A DNA stretch of 57,549 nt, taken from positions 1-57,549 of the forward strand of contig JAQGDQ010001172.1 of NCBI GenBank assembly GCA_030141605.1. Reading direction: 5' to 3'. The stretch is from Tubiluchus corallicola (Eukaryota; Animalia; Priapulida). Below the pieces are notes generated by a model, which had not been told where the DNA came from, did no database searches, and worked only from the letters and a program-made list of their open reading frames with translations. The position numbers and the translations under genes are program-made. This document shows, piece after piece, positions 26,447 through 39,026 of this stretch; the stretch's first letter is position 1, and every line of letters starts with the position of its first letter.

Positions 26447-27218
26447 TATGTCGGCACATTGGAAATAAACAGTCGTCATTTTATCTCAGGCTAAAGTACT
26501 TCGCAGCAACTGTCGGAGAGTTTGCAATAATTTGCTGACAGTAACTCACAAAGCAGTTCACACTTCCGAATTTGCTGTCAGAGAGAAAACTCGCTAGTCT
26601 GAACGCGCCGATAGAGCATCCCATCAGCGATTGTTTTGTTTTTGAGACGAGAACTTTGTTATTGACAAGTACGAAAATAGCTGGTTTGACCAGCTTTAGA
26701 AACAATTTCGTCTTCATCAACCAAACATCAGAGTAATTTCACAGCTGAAAGATACACAATAACACTGAACACACAAATAAACTTTACTGAACGTGTTTTT
26801 CGGTTTATTTTAATTTGGTTCGTATTGTGTATTAAGGTTGGTCATGTTGCGCAGTTGTATATTTCACAATCAACTTTTTTGTCGAAAATGTCGAACGCCC
26901 GATTGTTTAAACTAAATAAGAGTAAACTAAAGCACACCGAATGGGTTTTGCAGTTTATTTTGGCTCGAACCAAAGTATTACACGTTGTGTGCTTTAATTA
27001 TTTTGTCGATAAAAGTTTTACCAATATAGCCCTTTAAATTAAACAGAAATAAATTATTATTCTGACATGATGGGCGTTTTTAGTGACGTAAGTTTAATTT
27101 AGTTTTTAGTGTGGTGCGTACTGTGCGATCCACTAGGAACCCATGTGCAACCTACAGGTGATTATTTTGCACCTGCAGGAATTAATCATTTTTGTGATAA
27201 AAGGTACAGAATCATTAA

Positions 27219-27805
27219 AGGAAAACAGGGTGATTTTTTTTCCATTCTACCCCATTTTGAAGTGCCAAAATTATAAACGCCAAAGCGTTTCTGATAATAA
27301 AATAATAGACTAAAACTTTAATTATTGGCTAGTGAGTCCAACTAACGATGACCTCACAATCGAACACCTCTGAACTGAAAGGTAAAGCACCTGTTTTTGT
27401 ACAACGTGTTTTCGAGATGCAGGATCTAGTGCCCATCTAACTAGCTAATAACGAAATGCATTTAACAGCGAACAACTTGCCACGCGAATATGAAATTACG
27501 TTTCTGTAGTTATAGTTCTTTCACAAAAGTCATTTTTGAAAAACAGTATGTTCCCTTCAATATTTTATCGATTCTTTTGAGTTTATTTATGACCAGGTGG
27601 TATAGTATAGTGGTAACGCGTCTGCTTTCCGTCTGGGAGGTCGTAAGTTCAATACTGCGGCCGGCTAATACCGAAGATTTTAAAAATGTTACCTGCTTTG
27701 CCCCGCCTAGCGCGCGCTATTTAGGGTAAAAGTGAGGAAATAATAAGCTCTGTTATGTTATCCTATGAATTTGAAACCCATTTAAATAAAGGTTGTTATT
27801 ATACC

Positions 27806-27838
<33 letters not shown>

Positions 27839-27876
27839 CATCATCATCATCGTCGTCGTCGTCGTCGTCGTCGTCG

Positions 27877-27919
<43 letters not shown>

Positions 27920-27944
27920 TGTTTAAGATGGGGTCTTGTTTCCT
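27219..27944 (-). mobile_element. Kolobok-type MITE split by a SINE insertion
   Basis: TTAA|AGGAAAACAGG at left; family sequence runs to ~27594 and resumes GTTTAAGATGGGGTCTTGTTTCCT at 27921-27944. Confidence 0.8.
27595..27920 (+). mobile_element. tRNA-derived SINE with (TTA)n(TCA)n(TCG)n(TCA)n tail
   Basis: A box TAGTATAGTGG, B box AGTTCAATAC, body ATACCGAAGATTTTAAAAATGTTACC, AATAAA then simple-repeat tail. Confidence 0.8.
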
Positions 27945-28380
27945 TTAGCAAACTTTCTGGAACGACTTGCACTTGAAATCCTGCAGCAATATATTAATTA
28001 ATTGGAAGCTCTTCATTTTGCAAATTAGGTAGCATCTGTAGTGCATTGATTTCTGAATCGCTACAAAACACTTGGGACAAGTGATGTATATATAAACCTA
28101 CTGATCTACCGGTAAATGTTATTAAAGTCACTTTAATCATCAGAAGTGTGGCTTGTTGTGATGGCGGCAAACATGAATGATCTCATCACCTGTATTGGTG
28201 AAGTCCCTGGGTGCATACAGGCCTGTTATTCAATGAACACATAGTTCCATTAAGAGGTATTGATTGGTACGCTAAAAGGCATTAAATGATATATAAAAGA
28301 ACTGGCAAAGCATGCCTCTTAATGTGACAATTATGTCTGATTTGCACATCAGTATAATTTGCAGTGAGCCAGCATTACTA

Positions 28381-28820
28381 GGCCCATTTCACAATGAAGA
28401 CGCGAGGCAAAATGCCTCGAGGAGAAATTCCTTGCGGCATTCCTCATGAAAATGGAACACATTGTTTTCCATGGCACATGAGGAATTCCTCGCGAAATTC
28501 AGTCTTAAATTTAACTACACAATTACTTCTTTCTTGTTCAACGAACAGTAATTAACACACTTCGGTATAAAATTGCAAGATTTAATCTCTCTTTTAACAG
28601 ACTGACGACTTTTAAATTTACATCATTGGCTATATTCGTGAAAAAGAAAAATAACGCACGCACATATTTGTTTTAAACATGTATAATTTCAGATTTTGAA
28701 GCGGTTAGTAGAACTTTGCTAAAAAAACAAACAGGTCTGGCAGTACATTGACTAACATTATTAATTGGACATTGCATATGAGAAGTACGGCAAGTATAGC
28801 TTAATTTAGACATATCTATA
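28381..28820. mobile_element. Harbinger-like element, partial copy in opposite orientation to 22993-24154
   Basis: GGCCCATTTCACAATGAAGACGCG terminus; collinear in reverse complement with the 23140-24154 region but with only one minisatellite unit. Confidence 0.7.
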
Positions 28821-29389
28821 CAGGTTAAACATCGCAAAATACCTGGAAAAACCGATTTACCTGCATTTACCACAAACGCGATAAGATGCGGCAACGAAAC
28901 TTCTTAAAAGGTTCAGTGTTTCTAACCTGATATGTAACTGCCTAGCTTATAACTATCATTAAATGCACCAAGACACAAAGCCATATCATTCTAACTTTAA
29001 AATCGCCATATTTAGCGGTTTCAAAATGAACGGATCTGATTTCTGTGAAAGATTGATTACGAAGCTTTTCAGTTTCTAGGAGATTTCAAGATGAAACCTT
29101 AACAGTTTCTGTTAATTGCTCCGTATCTGATACCTGTGATTGTGAGAGTTTAACCTTCAAGGCTTTACTTTGAATCTGTAGACCAAACTACAAGAGGCCG
29201 TGGGATTGTAGAGTTTTTCAGAAGACGATGTTACAGCACGCCCATGTATCAGTGGCCTTATTGTGATAGGCCATATAGCTGTAGGCCTTGTGTTTTTTAG
29301 TTAATTCACAGAAACAGAATAATTTGTTTAATTGAAATAATTGAATAATTGAAAAGTACGTTCATGTATCAATTTTTTGTTTCACTCCA

Positions 29390-29990
29390 GTTTTCTTTTT
29401 TTTGTTCACCTTCGTGAATGGAGGACAGGTCTACCGTATTTATGTAACTTAATCAAGACTATATCAAGATTAGCTTCACCATCATCGTCAGTATGTGTGG
29501 GTGTCTTTATATTTTTAACCTTGAGATTACTGAGTGCCCACTATTATGTCTACATGTCTACAAAATGTAGTCACAACATACATCATCGAAGATGAGGGCT
29601 TTTTATTTTTTATCAGTCAGCATGTCTCGTGTGCAGGTAACTAGTTTTAGTATCGTGTATCAATGATCCTTCATTTTTCTGCATGTTATTAGCAGTCATC
29701 TGTCATAGACGCAGTGAGATAAAACGTGAGATAAAATGAATAGGACCTAAAGGACCACCTTGTTGTACTCCAATGGCTGCTGCTACCATGGTAATATCAA
29801 TCTTCTGTCATAGACACCGCAAAATAAAACGTGAAAAAAACAGGACCTAAAGGTCCACCTTGCTGTACTCCAGTGAATGCTGCTACCATGGTAATATCAA
29901 TCTTCTGTCATAGACACCGCAAAATAAAACGTGAAAAAAACAGGACCTAAAGGTCCACCTTGCCGTACTCCAGTGAATACTGCAATCATG
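29390..29990 (-). mobile_element. Decayed LINE reverse-transcriptase fragment with a ~100-bp segment triplicated
   Basis: GVQQGGPLGPIHF (RT motif B pattern) and two near-identical variants in 29699-29990; downstream HTDD and VNKK resemble YADD and N..KT. Confidence 0.7.
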
Positions 29991-30615
29991 TATCTTTCAT
30001 ATCAGCTTTCGATATAAACGATTTTGTATAAGTTCCAACATGATGTAATTTGCCTAAAACTTCCAAACTTTAGCAAATTATTGTTAGAAATAAATAAATA
30101 AATAATCAAACAGTTCAATTTATGCTTCTATCTCGGCTGCCAAATACTTTAACAGATTAAAACGAAGCAAATAGAACTTGCTGATGATACAGTGCATTTC
30201 TGCCAATAATTTACATGTGTGAATTAGTTCTCTAGTATTTTTTCATGTTTTAGTATTTTTAGTACACACTTTTGTAGTTTGTCAAAATATTGGCTCAGTA
30301 AACATTTGGCTGTGATTGTCAACACTAACAATATGAGACGTCTTATATTTTAGAGAATGATTCCCAATTTGTGCAAATTAATTTAATTAGACGCCTTTCT
30401 GGAGTTGATCGAGAAATGCTCCAGTTTATGTTGCTTTGCATGAAGCAACTGAATTAGCGTGTCGAAGAGTTGTCGAAACATCTTTCCGCTTGCACATTTT
30501 ACTTTACACTACTTAAAGCTAGTTAAGAAGTATTCTATGTATAGTAAGAAAGTAAACTTCAGTAGCTTAATTGTAATGAATACCTTTAAAGCCAAATGAA
30601 TCACTGCTGTCATCG

Positions 30616-30859
30616 CCTCATTAACTACGTAAATATCTAAGTGCATATGGCAGTATAAGAGTGTAGGCAGGAAGTAGACCCTTGTGAAAACCTGTCTGGC
30701 GCGTGAAATGGTTGAAACAGGATTTTTCCCATGTTATAACAATTTGTAGCCTCATTAATTATGTAATTATCTAAGTGCATATGGCAGTATAAGAGTGTAG
30801 GCAAGAAGTAGACCCTTGGGTAAACCTGTCTGGCGCGTGAAATGGTTGAAATAGGATTT
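30616..30859. repeat. ~110-bp direct duplication (period 133)
   Basis: ATCTAAGTGCATATGGCAGTATAAGAGTGTAGGCA...CCTGTCTGGCGCGTGAAATGGTTGAAA occurs twice. Confidence 0.95.
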
Positions 30860-32151
30860 ATTGCAAACCAAATTAGCACATATTTTAACATAATTGTGAA
30901 AAACATAGATTTTGTACCAAATGTTACCAAACCTTCAGGGTCACCTAGTTTGAGGGGTCCTAGACTGCAGCCTATACTAGGCAAGCTATACTATACTACG
31001 ATAATCTGGCCTTGAGCAAATTGAAGACTAGCTTCAGCAGACTTTTGCGATAGCTAGCGCGACCGCGTTTGCCCAAAACCTTCTGCTTTTGTAAATAATA
31101 ATAACAATAAACGCTTTATTTCACAAACATAAACACAAATACAGTTAACAAATCACACACTTAAATAAATAACGCATAAAGGAACTCGTCCCGACAAATA
31201 CAGGGCTCTTTTTAAGCGTTTTTGATTAAAAAACCATAATTTATAACAAACACATCTACATATATAATCACAGTGCTAAATGAATACATTAATTCTTAGC
31301 AAAATTAATTCGCACCTTTTAATTTAGAATCATGTTGAAATTTCATGCACTTAGTTAATCAACAATTTCTTAACTATCACATTTCCACTTTTGTTTAAAA
31401 TATAAACTTATCAATATCACACATGGATGGGAATTCTGGAAAAATATCGGTAAATCAAATACTTCATTTTGATCAGATAGTGACTTATCAATTTTATCCC
31501 ATTTACACAGTCTGTTTCTTTCGTGTGTGAAAGTCCATGACATCAATTTTGACCATCTAACGAAGGGTATTCTCGACCGTTCCACCGAGGTCAAACCAAT
31601 ATGAGCCTATTACAACTCGATCAAAAATTCCTTGAGTTTTATTGTGACAGTTATCGTATTTTGTACTGCCGTTTCTTTGAAGGCGAGTGTTCTGTGCAGC
31701 AGGATTTCGCTCGGTTTAATTCAATTATTTGATGCCATTTCTGTACACTAGATTAGACTTTAATGTCAAAGTATTTAATGCCATAGTCATTCTACCCTGC
31801 ACACATTGATTAAACGAACCGTCAGATTTACTGTGACGAATCGCCTATAGCTTTTATGAACGTCGACAATGGACGCTGATAGAGTTGTCTACATGCGCTT
31901 TTAATAAAGCTGCGAAATGTTTATAAAATGCAGTCAGTATTAACGTTGCTCATACAGCAAAAAATGTGATTAACTACATGCATACAGTTATCTGCTGGTT
32001 ACAGGCAGGACTGGATTAACCTATAGGCTAATATAGGCTGCATCTTAGAGCCCAACAAGCTTGGGGCCTCAAGCTTTGGTAACATTTAGTAAAAATCTAT
32101 TTTTACAGTACGTTTGTGTTGAAATATGTGCTAATTTGGTTTGCAATAAAT
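30856..32151. mobile_element. Two outward-facing ends of one hAT-like MITE family (30856-31012 minus; 32006-32151 plus)
   Basis: CAGGACTGGATTAACCTATAGGCT-type terminus; ATATGTGCTAATTTGGTTTGCAATAAAT shared in inverted orientation. Confidence 0.6.
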
Positions 32152-32969
32152 AGTAAAATAGTCGTATTTCTTAAATAACATTTTTATTGACAAACAAAAG
32201 ATGCTATTCTAGCTTATTTAAAGAATTTGCAATAAATTTACTTGAATTTACATAAATTTCGCTAAAAATATAATGAGTAAAAATATTCAAGACAGGTGCA
32301 GGTGAGTTAGGGCGTGGCTCCATCTGAGGGGGCGAAATGTTTTGACAAAGTAGAAAAAATTTATCTTTGTACTGTTGTAGTTAGTAATTTACTTTATCCT
32401 ATATTTCACCAATCTACTGACGTCTTCATTGATGTGGGCATGAAAGCGAGTGCACGGATAACTTGGTGACTAAATGGATGAATGAGGGAGTGAGTGATTG
32501 AGTCTTTTGGCATTGTCTCAGGATTTTTTTCCACTTTAAATATTTTCAGGCGCTGCGAACTCGTGTCTTTTGCTAAGCCGAGATTAATAATCGAATTTTC
32601 ACTGTGTGTGTGTTTCGCGACCTAAGTTAAACAACACAGTGGCTTGTTAGAGAATGGATGCGTGACTGCTACGGTTTAATACTCGCACTGGTTTTTTTTC
32701 GTCCGCCGTACCGATTCTGGTTGTTTACCCGACAGAAAGAGAGCACACTCATATGCGAAAAGTGACTGAAACACGTCTTCCACACCCCGCAAATGGCTCA
32801 TATTTCTTGCTTTTGTAATGAACAAGGGTTTCGGTGCTGCCACACTTGTCAAAATTAATTAGGTCCTATCATTTAATGCTGGATTTCAGGTTACACACTG
32901 TCAGATTGTACGCAAAGCGTGTACGTTAACAGTTTTACCGTGATTTCACCTATTTAATTATCTAAAGTT

Positions 32970-33660
32970 GCAATAAAATAAAGTTACAGTTCATTGTGAT
33001 GACAACTGTGAAGTCTACACAGCCTTCGCTGAAATCTGCTATTCCTAGGTTCATACAGTCTAATGTAGTGTACGTTTTAAATGTGAATCGTGCAATGATT
33101 CCTATATCGGTCGTACGAGTCGATATCTTTCATTCAGATTAGCTGAACGTCGCAGAACGGCATAGAGATTTCATAGGTGCCAAGGTGGGGTTTACAGCAT
33201 TTGAAGTAAAACAATGTCAAAATCTTAGCCAAAGGACACAGTTATCGTGATTTGTCAATACTTGAAGCATTACACGTTAAACGTATTGGGCCTAAGTTGA
33301 ACAACAAGGATGAGTATATGCACTCTTTACTGCAGAAGTGCACTCGAGCTTGTACAACACCAACAGTGCATTGTGGTTTGTGGAATTCGGCAACAAAATG
33401 GCATCTCCCTGATATTGACAGTTCTGTTACTACTAACATATTGGTTTGTTTGTTTGTGGAGTGTAGCACAGCTTCGTGCCAATCAAGTTATGTAACCTGC
33501 AAGGTAAATTGTTAAACTACCTATATAATTTTATATCATATATCTTTTGGTTATCTGACTACTGAATTGTATTTCGATGTTGTTTCTAAATTCTGATAAA
33601 TTTCTTTGTTTTAGATGCCTTGACAATGAACCGTTTGTTCGAAACCGGTCGACAATAAAT
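32970..33660 (+). mobile_element. Penelope-like element family A 3' portion encoding a decayed GIY-YIG endonuclease
   Basis: LKSAIPRFIQSNVVY / CESCNDSYIGRTSRYLSFRLAE / ILEALHVKRIGPKLN across frameshifts; ends in a hammerhead followed by AATAAA. Confidence 0.9.
33616..33654 (+). ncRNA. Minimal type I hammerhead ribozyme (U3-A8 core variant)
   Basis: UGCC-UUGACAA-U-GAAC cguuu GUUC-GAAA-CCGG-UC|GACA: core, 4-bp stem II, palindromic minimal helix III and GUC site; one mismatch in stem I. Confidence 0.75.
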
Positions 33661-34269
33661 TTCATTTTGAAGTAGTTACATCTAGTTGCCACATATGGCT
33701 AATTCAGTTTATATTTATTTGAGTATGGCTAAATAATCTAAAAGTAATAAAATGATAATAAAGAAACGATAAAAAGTAAAATGATAAAAAGTAATAAACA
33801 ATATAAAATGTTTTAGTTTTCAGAGTTTTACCGTATTGATTCTTTGATCCTTGTCTAGCAGTTTCCTTTTGAAGCTCCCGTTGCAAATCACGTTTTCACG
33901 CTTAATCAGTTAACTATCAAAGATGCACGTACAGTAATCAGACAGTATTCCTTGTGACGTACAAGAGTAAAAACATCATACAGCAAATAAGAGCATAGAG
34001 TTAAGAAGTTTGAAAAACTGCAGCTCAAGCACGACAAGTGCTAAATGTTTTACGAGAATATGTGCATCATACAGCAACAGATTTTCAACGTTTTAATAAT
34101 TATGAGAATTTAATGAGCCAACTTCTTCGCGACAAAATGAAGCAGCCGACTCTGAAAGAGTTTTTTGTAATTTTTGCAAATAAACAGACTTGTGTGATTT
34201 AGAAAAGTAAACTTTTTAATTCATTGCTAATTCACTTATATAAACTAATATTTTAAAATATTTTTAACA

Positions 34270-34465
34270 TTCATGGAAGGCTTTTGTTGTTGAAAATTAT
34301 ATTCGTTTCTGATGCCATCAATAGTCGGGCTAATCCGTCGTTAATAGGATTTTAATCTATTATTTAACTATCAGAACCACTTTTCCCGTATTTTTGGTGT
34401 TAAAATGTATACTTTTTACCGTACTTGGAAATGGGGTAGTATATGAAAAATTATCCTGTCTTCCT
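34270..34465 (+). mobile_element. Kolobok-type MITE 3' fragment
   Basis: Ends GGGGTAGTATATGAAAAATTATCCTGTCTTCCT|TTAA. Confidence 0.75.
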
Positions 34466-34785
34466 TTAAAAAACAATTTATTTAGAACTTTCATTACCTT
34501 CAACAGGGTTCCATACGACGTCCGTGCAGCTAAAGTTCAGGTTCATTTTCCCAACTCTAAGATTCAACTTTTCCACAAATTCCTCATCTTCAATAGTGAA
34601 GATCTTGAAAACTAAATAATTTTTTTCTCAATGAGGATGTACAAGTCAAGAGTGTATGAAACATGTAGACCTGTACTACATTTTGAATGCGAAGTCTTTG
34701 TGGAAAATTTATAATGTACTTTGAATCAATAAGCAATTTAACCAAATATGAATAATTATACAATTAAAATTAGTATGCTTTACTT

Positions 34786-35268
34786 CAGGGGTGTGCAAAT
34801 TGCGGCCCGCCGGGAGAATTTGTGCGGCCCAAGAAGAGATTTGTCAACCTAATGAAAGTGCGGCCCGGGCGATTAATTGAGTGTATCCAGCTGAAGTCCG
34901 TACCACGATCCCAAAGATAGTGCGGGTAGTTTTTTCTACTAGATCGGATGCCAATAACCCTTACAAGACGGTTGTAGCTTAATGTCACTGTACTACACAG
35001 ACTGTGTGATACACATTACTAATATGCATTGTGATGAAATTACCACTATCTGCCTTGAAAGTAGAAATATATGGTTTGTAATGTAAATTTTAATAACTTC
35101 TAAAATAGTTTCTTGAGTGTAGTAGTAATGATGTACGCAGGTCGGATGCAAAAAAAATCGTTATTAGGCCTTTCTGTACTTGGCTCCTTGATCAAACTGC
35201 CTGTGGCCCACAGGAATTGCGGGAAAGTTTAATGTGGCCCGGCTAATCAGATAATTTGCACACTCCTG
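34786..35268. mobile_element. hAT (Charlie-like) MITE, 483 bp
   Basis: TIRs CAGGGGTGTGCAAATT / AATTTGCACACTCCTG; GCGGCCC subterminal repeats; 8-bp TSD CTTTACTT/TTTTACTT. Confidence 0.92.
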
Positions 35269-35511
35269 TTTTACTTTGTCTTGAAAAAATGTCTACTAAA
35301 TTCAATATCTTTGCGCTTGTTTAGAATCTTTTTAAAATACTTACAAGCAAATTTGATGAGTAATTAGATCACAAAATATGAAAAAGTTCATTTCATTTCA
35401 TCATTTTTTTACACTACAATTTACCACTATAGTTATTACTGTATGTAATCCCGGATGTAATTATTATAAATTAAAAAAACTAAATAACTATACTATATAT
35501 ATATATGCGCA

Positions 35512-35545
<34 letters not shown>

Positions 35546-37039
35546 CTACATTAAACATTAATGTAAATTAAATACTACATGTGTACGCAACTATCTTAAA
35601 TTTGTGTTTATGTATATTTATGTTGTTGTACCATTGAGTTTATACATCAAAGTCTGATATTACGTCTTTAGTTTAAATTATTGAAATTGACTTATTGTAT
35701 AATTGTGTTCTTAATCACATAGAACATGTTTTCTATAGCGTTATACATGTATGTAATTATATCTTTGTAATCAGTGAGTGTATTATGTGAATTGTAATTG
35801 TAATTACGCAATAAAATATGAAATACGTTAGTAATGCTTAATAAACTTTAAATACAGAAAAAGTAAAAAAGACGTACCATTCCTACCAGCAACAACACAC
35901 TGTGTTGCATCTTTATTTGAACTAATCGTATTCAGCGGACCTTCCAATGTGCTTTTCATTGTCCTTCCCATAGACATGCTGATAAATGATGCAAATATAC
36001 TAGCTGATAAAAAGATTTCTCTCTATGCTTCAGCTAATATGTGAACTTGTAGTATGTTCAGGCATTGCTAGTTAGTTAACTAAGATGATATGCGGGTGTT
36101 AATCCCAATACGCAAGTTATACATTCAAATGCTTGGAAACAAGACCTGCAAACAGTAACAAATCAACTGTTGTTATACATACAGATAATACGAAACAGTA
36201 AGATTTTCCTATAGGTTTTTTTAAAGTGCAAAATATTAAATTAATCACTAGGTTACCAGCAATGCAAATAAAACGTATCGCATCTAAACGTGGGTAACTC
36301 AATGCTTCCAGCTCCCTGCCTCATTCTCAGACTAGTCACTAGAAAGTTATCACTGATATTCAGTGTTGGACTGTAACATGCTACTGTAACTAGATTACTT
36401 TTTATAGTAACAACTAATGTGATGCAATCCACATCAGTACTTCATCGGTTAACAGTTTCAAAAGGCATTTGAGAGAGGGCCGTTTACAGATAGAATTACC
36501 AACTAGGTCCTTATTTCTTCGAATAAGGTATCCATAAGTTATTGAGTAATTAACATTTTTATTTGCCAAATCAGTAATGAGAATCATTTATAAATCTAAG
36601 AAAATTAAAAGTAAGTACGTAGAAGCTACTAATACCAATATTTTTCTACTTTTTACATCTTCTTCAGTACCTTGGCAGATTGCTAAATATTTACATTTCT
36701 TCACGATTCTTCCAGGATTGATAACTTTCTGAAATGTACATACTAGGCAATGTAGGAAATCAATAAATGCGCTTGCGATAATTTAGCGTTATAAGGGTTT
36801 CTTGTATTGCAAAGCGATAACGGTGTGAAAAGCTTCACAATAAAAGCATCTAAAGACAAACACAAAAGCAAAGCAAAATTTACCTCAAAAAGTGTACGTG
36901 TAAACGCTTAGATAGGTAGAGGAAAGTTTAGGTTAAATAGCAATATGACGCATGTATTTTTTGTGGTTTATTTCGCCATTCTTTTTCCTCTTTTCGATGT
37001 CATTAGCAAGTTCATCTTTTTTTACTACAGTAATACGTG

Positions 37040-37410
37040 TTCTCTTAATGTACAAAGCAGTTCAATTCCTTTAAATTCATTTCTAAACACTTAGCTATTT
37101 GTTACTGCATCAATTTCTTTTCTTCAGGTCTGCTTAATCATTACCCGTTTGGCTTTTGTAAATACATAATTAGTGCTTAAGTTACTGTATCGATTTCTTT
37201 ACTGGTCTGCTTATTCCTTACTCATTTGGCTCCTACTAACTACTTAATTAGTTGCATAATGTTCTATATGCTCTGCCTATATAAACTGGTTGTATGTTTG
37301 TAAAATTTACCACTGATGATGACAGCAGTAGTCTCTCAAACCATTTGGCATGATTTTTGCCTATGTGAATTGGAAGTTCTAATAAAGTTGTTTTGTTTTG
37401 GCTATAAATT
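37040..37410 (+). mobile_element. Penelope-like family B 3' fragment with degenerate hammerhead (CTGATGATGAC...GTC)
   Basis: SLNVQSSSIPLN; homologous to 15470-15620(-) and 48765-48988. Confidence 0.75.
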
Positions 37411-37622
37411 TCACTTTCGTTTTTCTGTATACTTAACTTATACCTAGTTTGTTGTTAAAGTTGTGTGTTAGTTGCTTTTCACTCTAAAAAAAACAGTATC
37501 ATTCAGTGACGTGTTAATAAAACTTCACAATTCTTTTTCTTGTTAATTAAACATTCAAGATCTGGACAATCTGTTGTGTGGGACATAAAGTTTTGTAAGA
37601 AAATGTGTAAAATGTTGGTTAA

Positions 37623-38214
37623 AGCAAAACCAGACCCAATGTTAAACTGTCAAAAGAATCTAGTCTTTAAAATATTGAAAGGAAACATACTATTTTTTCA
37701 AAAATGACTTACGTGAAAGAATTATTACCACACCACAATTTCACGTTCTTTACTGTTACATGCACCTTGCCATTCGCTAGTTGGATAGGCACTAGCACCT
37801 GCATTTCGGAAACGTGTTGCACAAAAAACAGGTGATGTACCTCTCAGTTTGGATGTGTTAGTTTGTGATGAACTAGACACATTCGTCAGCTCACGTGTGA
37901 GCACAGCTGCAAATTTGAATTTTTGTCTTAAAACTTGCCTAGCTTTAGTACAACACACTGAATATCTTACTGTAGCACTGTACTTCAATTTTCACTTTCA
38001 CAAACACGTGCAACACGCTCATGGAATATTTTTGCCATTGAAAGTTATGCTAGTTTGTGATGTCATCAGTAGTTGGGCTCGCCTTCTGTTAATTAAGTTG
38101 TTAATCTATTATTTAATTATCACAAACGCTTTCGCAGTATTAATCATGTTAAAATACGTACTTTTTATCGGACTTGAAGGTGGGGTAGTATATGAAAAAT
38201 CGTCCTGTTTTCCT
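37623..38214 (+). mobile_element. Kolobok-type non-autonomous element (reference copy, 592 bp)
   Basis: TTAA|AGCAAAACCAG...CCTGTTTTCCT|TTAA: AG..CT termini, short imperfect TIRs, TTAA TSD; about 10 copies in the window. Confidence 0.88.
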
Positions 38215-38564
38215 TTAAAGAATTTAATCAGCAAAAAATTCAGAGATTTGTTTTTGTTTCAGTGATCAGTAATCAATACGTAAAAACATTTTATATCGTT
38301 TATTACTTTTTATCATTTTACTTTTTATCGTTTCTTTATTATCATTTTATTACTTTTAGATTATTTAGCTTATACGTGTCAATCTATTTTTCAGTTTCCT
38401 GTGTCAAGGTCACATCACGCGGCTTTATTTGTTCATAATCCAGTATTCCATGAGGAAAACTGAAGACAACATTTTTGAATGAAAGTCTCTGGACAGCTAT
38501 TTGTTTAAGGTAAAAAATGAATTTTGGTTATTTGTCATAGAATGAATTTAATTCATACCAATTG

Positions 38565-39026
38565 CAGGGATGAGAATTTTCCCCGGATGCGCGGAATTCT
38601 GAGTTTCTGGAAGACCAGTAGTGCCATTTTTGTAAATCGCATAAATTCGTTGAGAAAATTTTTACGGACCCAGTACATTATTTCACCAGCTGATCGCTAG
38701 GTGGCAGGCCGTCACTTTGTTTACATCACGTACATCAGTGTAACCACGTGTATATCTCTATGTATAAAAATATAGAATCAATTGTGCGGAGTTATTTGAG
38801 TCAATTGCAGACAGTTTTTATATACTTTTGCATAGGAGCGGCCAGTACTTAGGCGTTTTTGAGACAATTAGATATCATGTATCCTTGATAGTTGAGTATT
38901 TTAAATTATGCATGAAACAAGGTAATTGATATTTTAAGTCCACTTAGAGGTTCTCTATGGCCTATGCGGCCGCCAAACCCCCGGCCTGTCTCAGAGTTTT
39001 TTTGCAATTTGTCATTCTCGTCCCTG
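38565..39026. mobile_element. TIR element (hAT-like termini) with 6-bp TSD
   Basis: CAATTG|CAGGGATGAGAAT...ATTCTCGTCCCTG|CAATTG. Confidence 0.8.

Noticed and set aside
37725-38265. ORFs within Kolobok MITE copies (also 6896, 7800, 20622, 20883, 22557)
   Set aside because: Frames are not conserved among copies and no transposase motifs are seen
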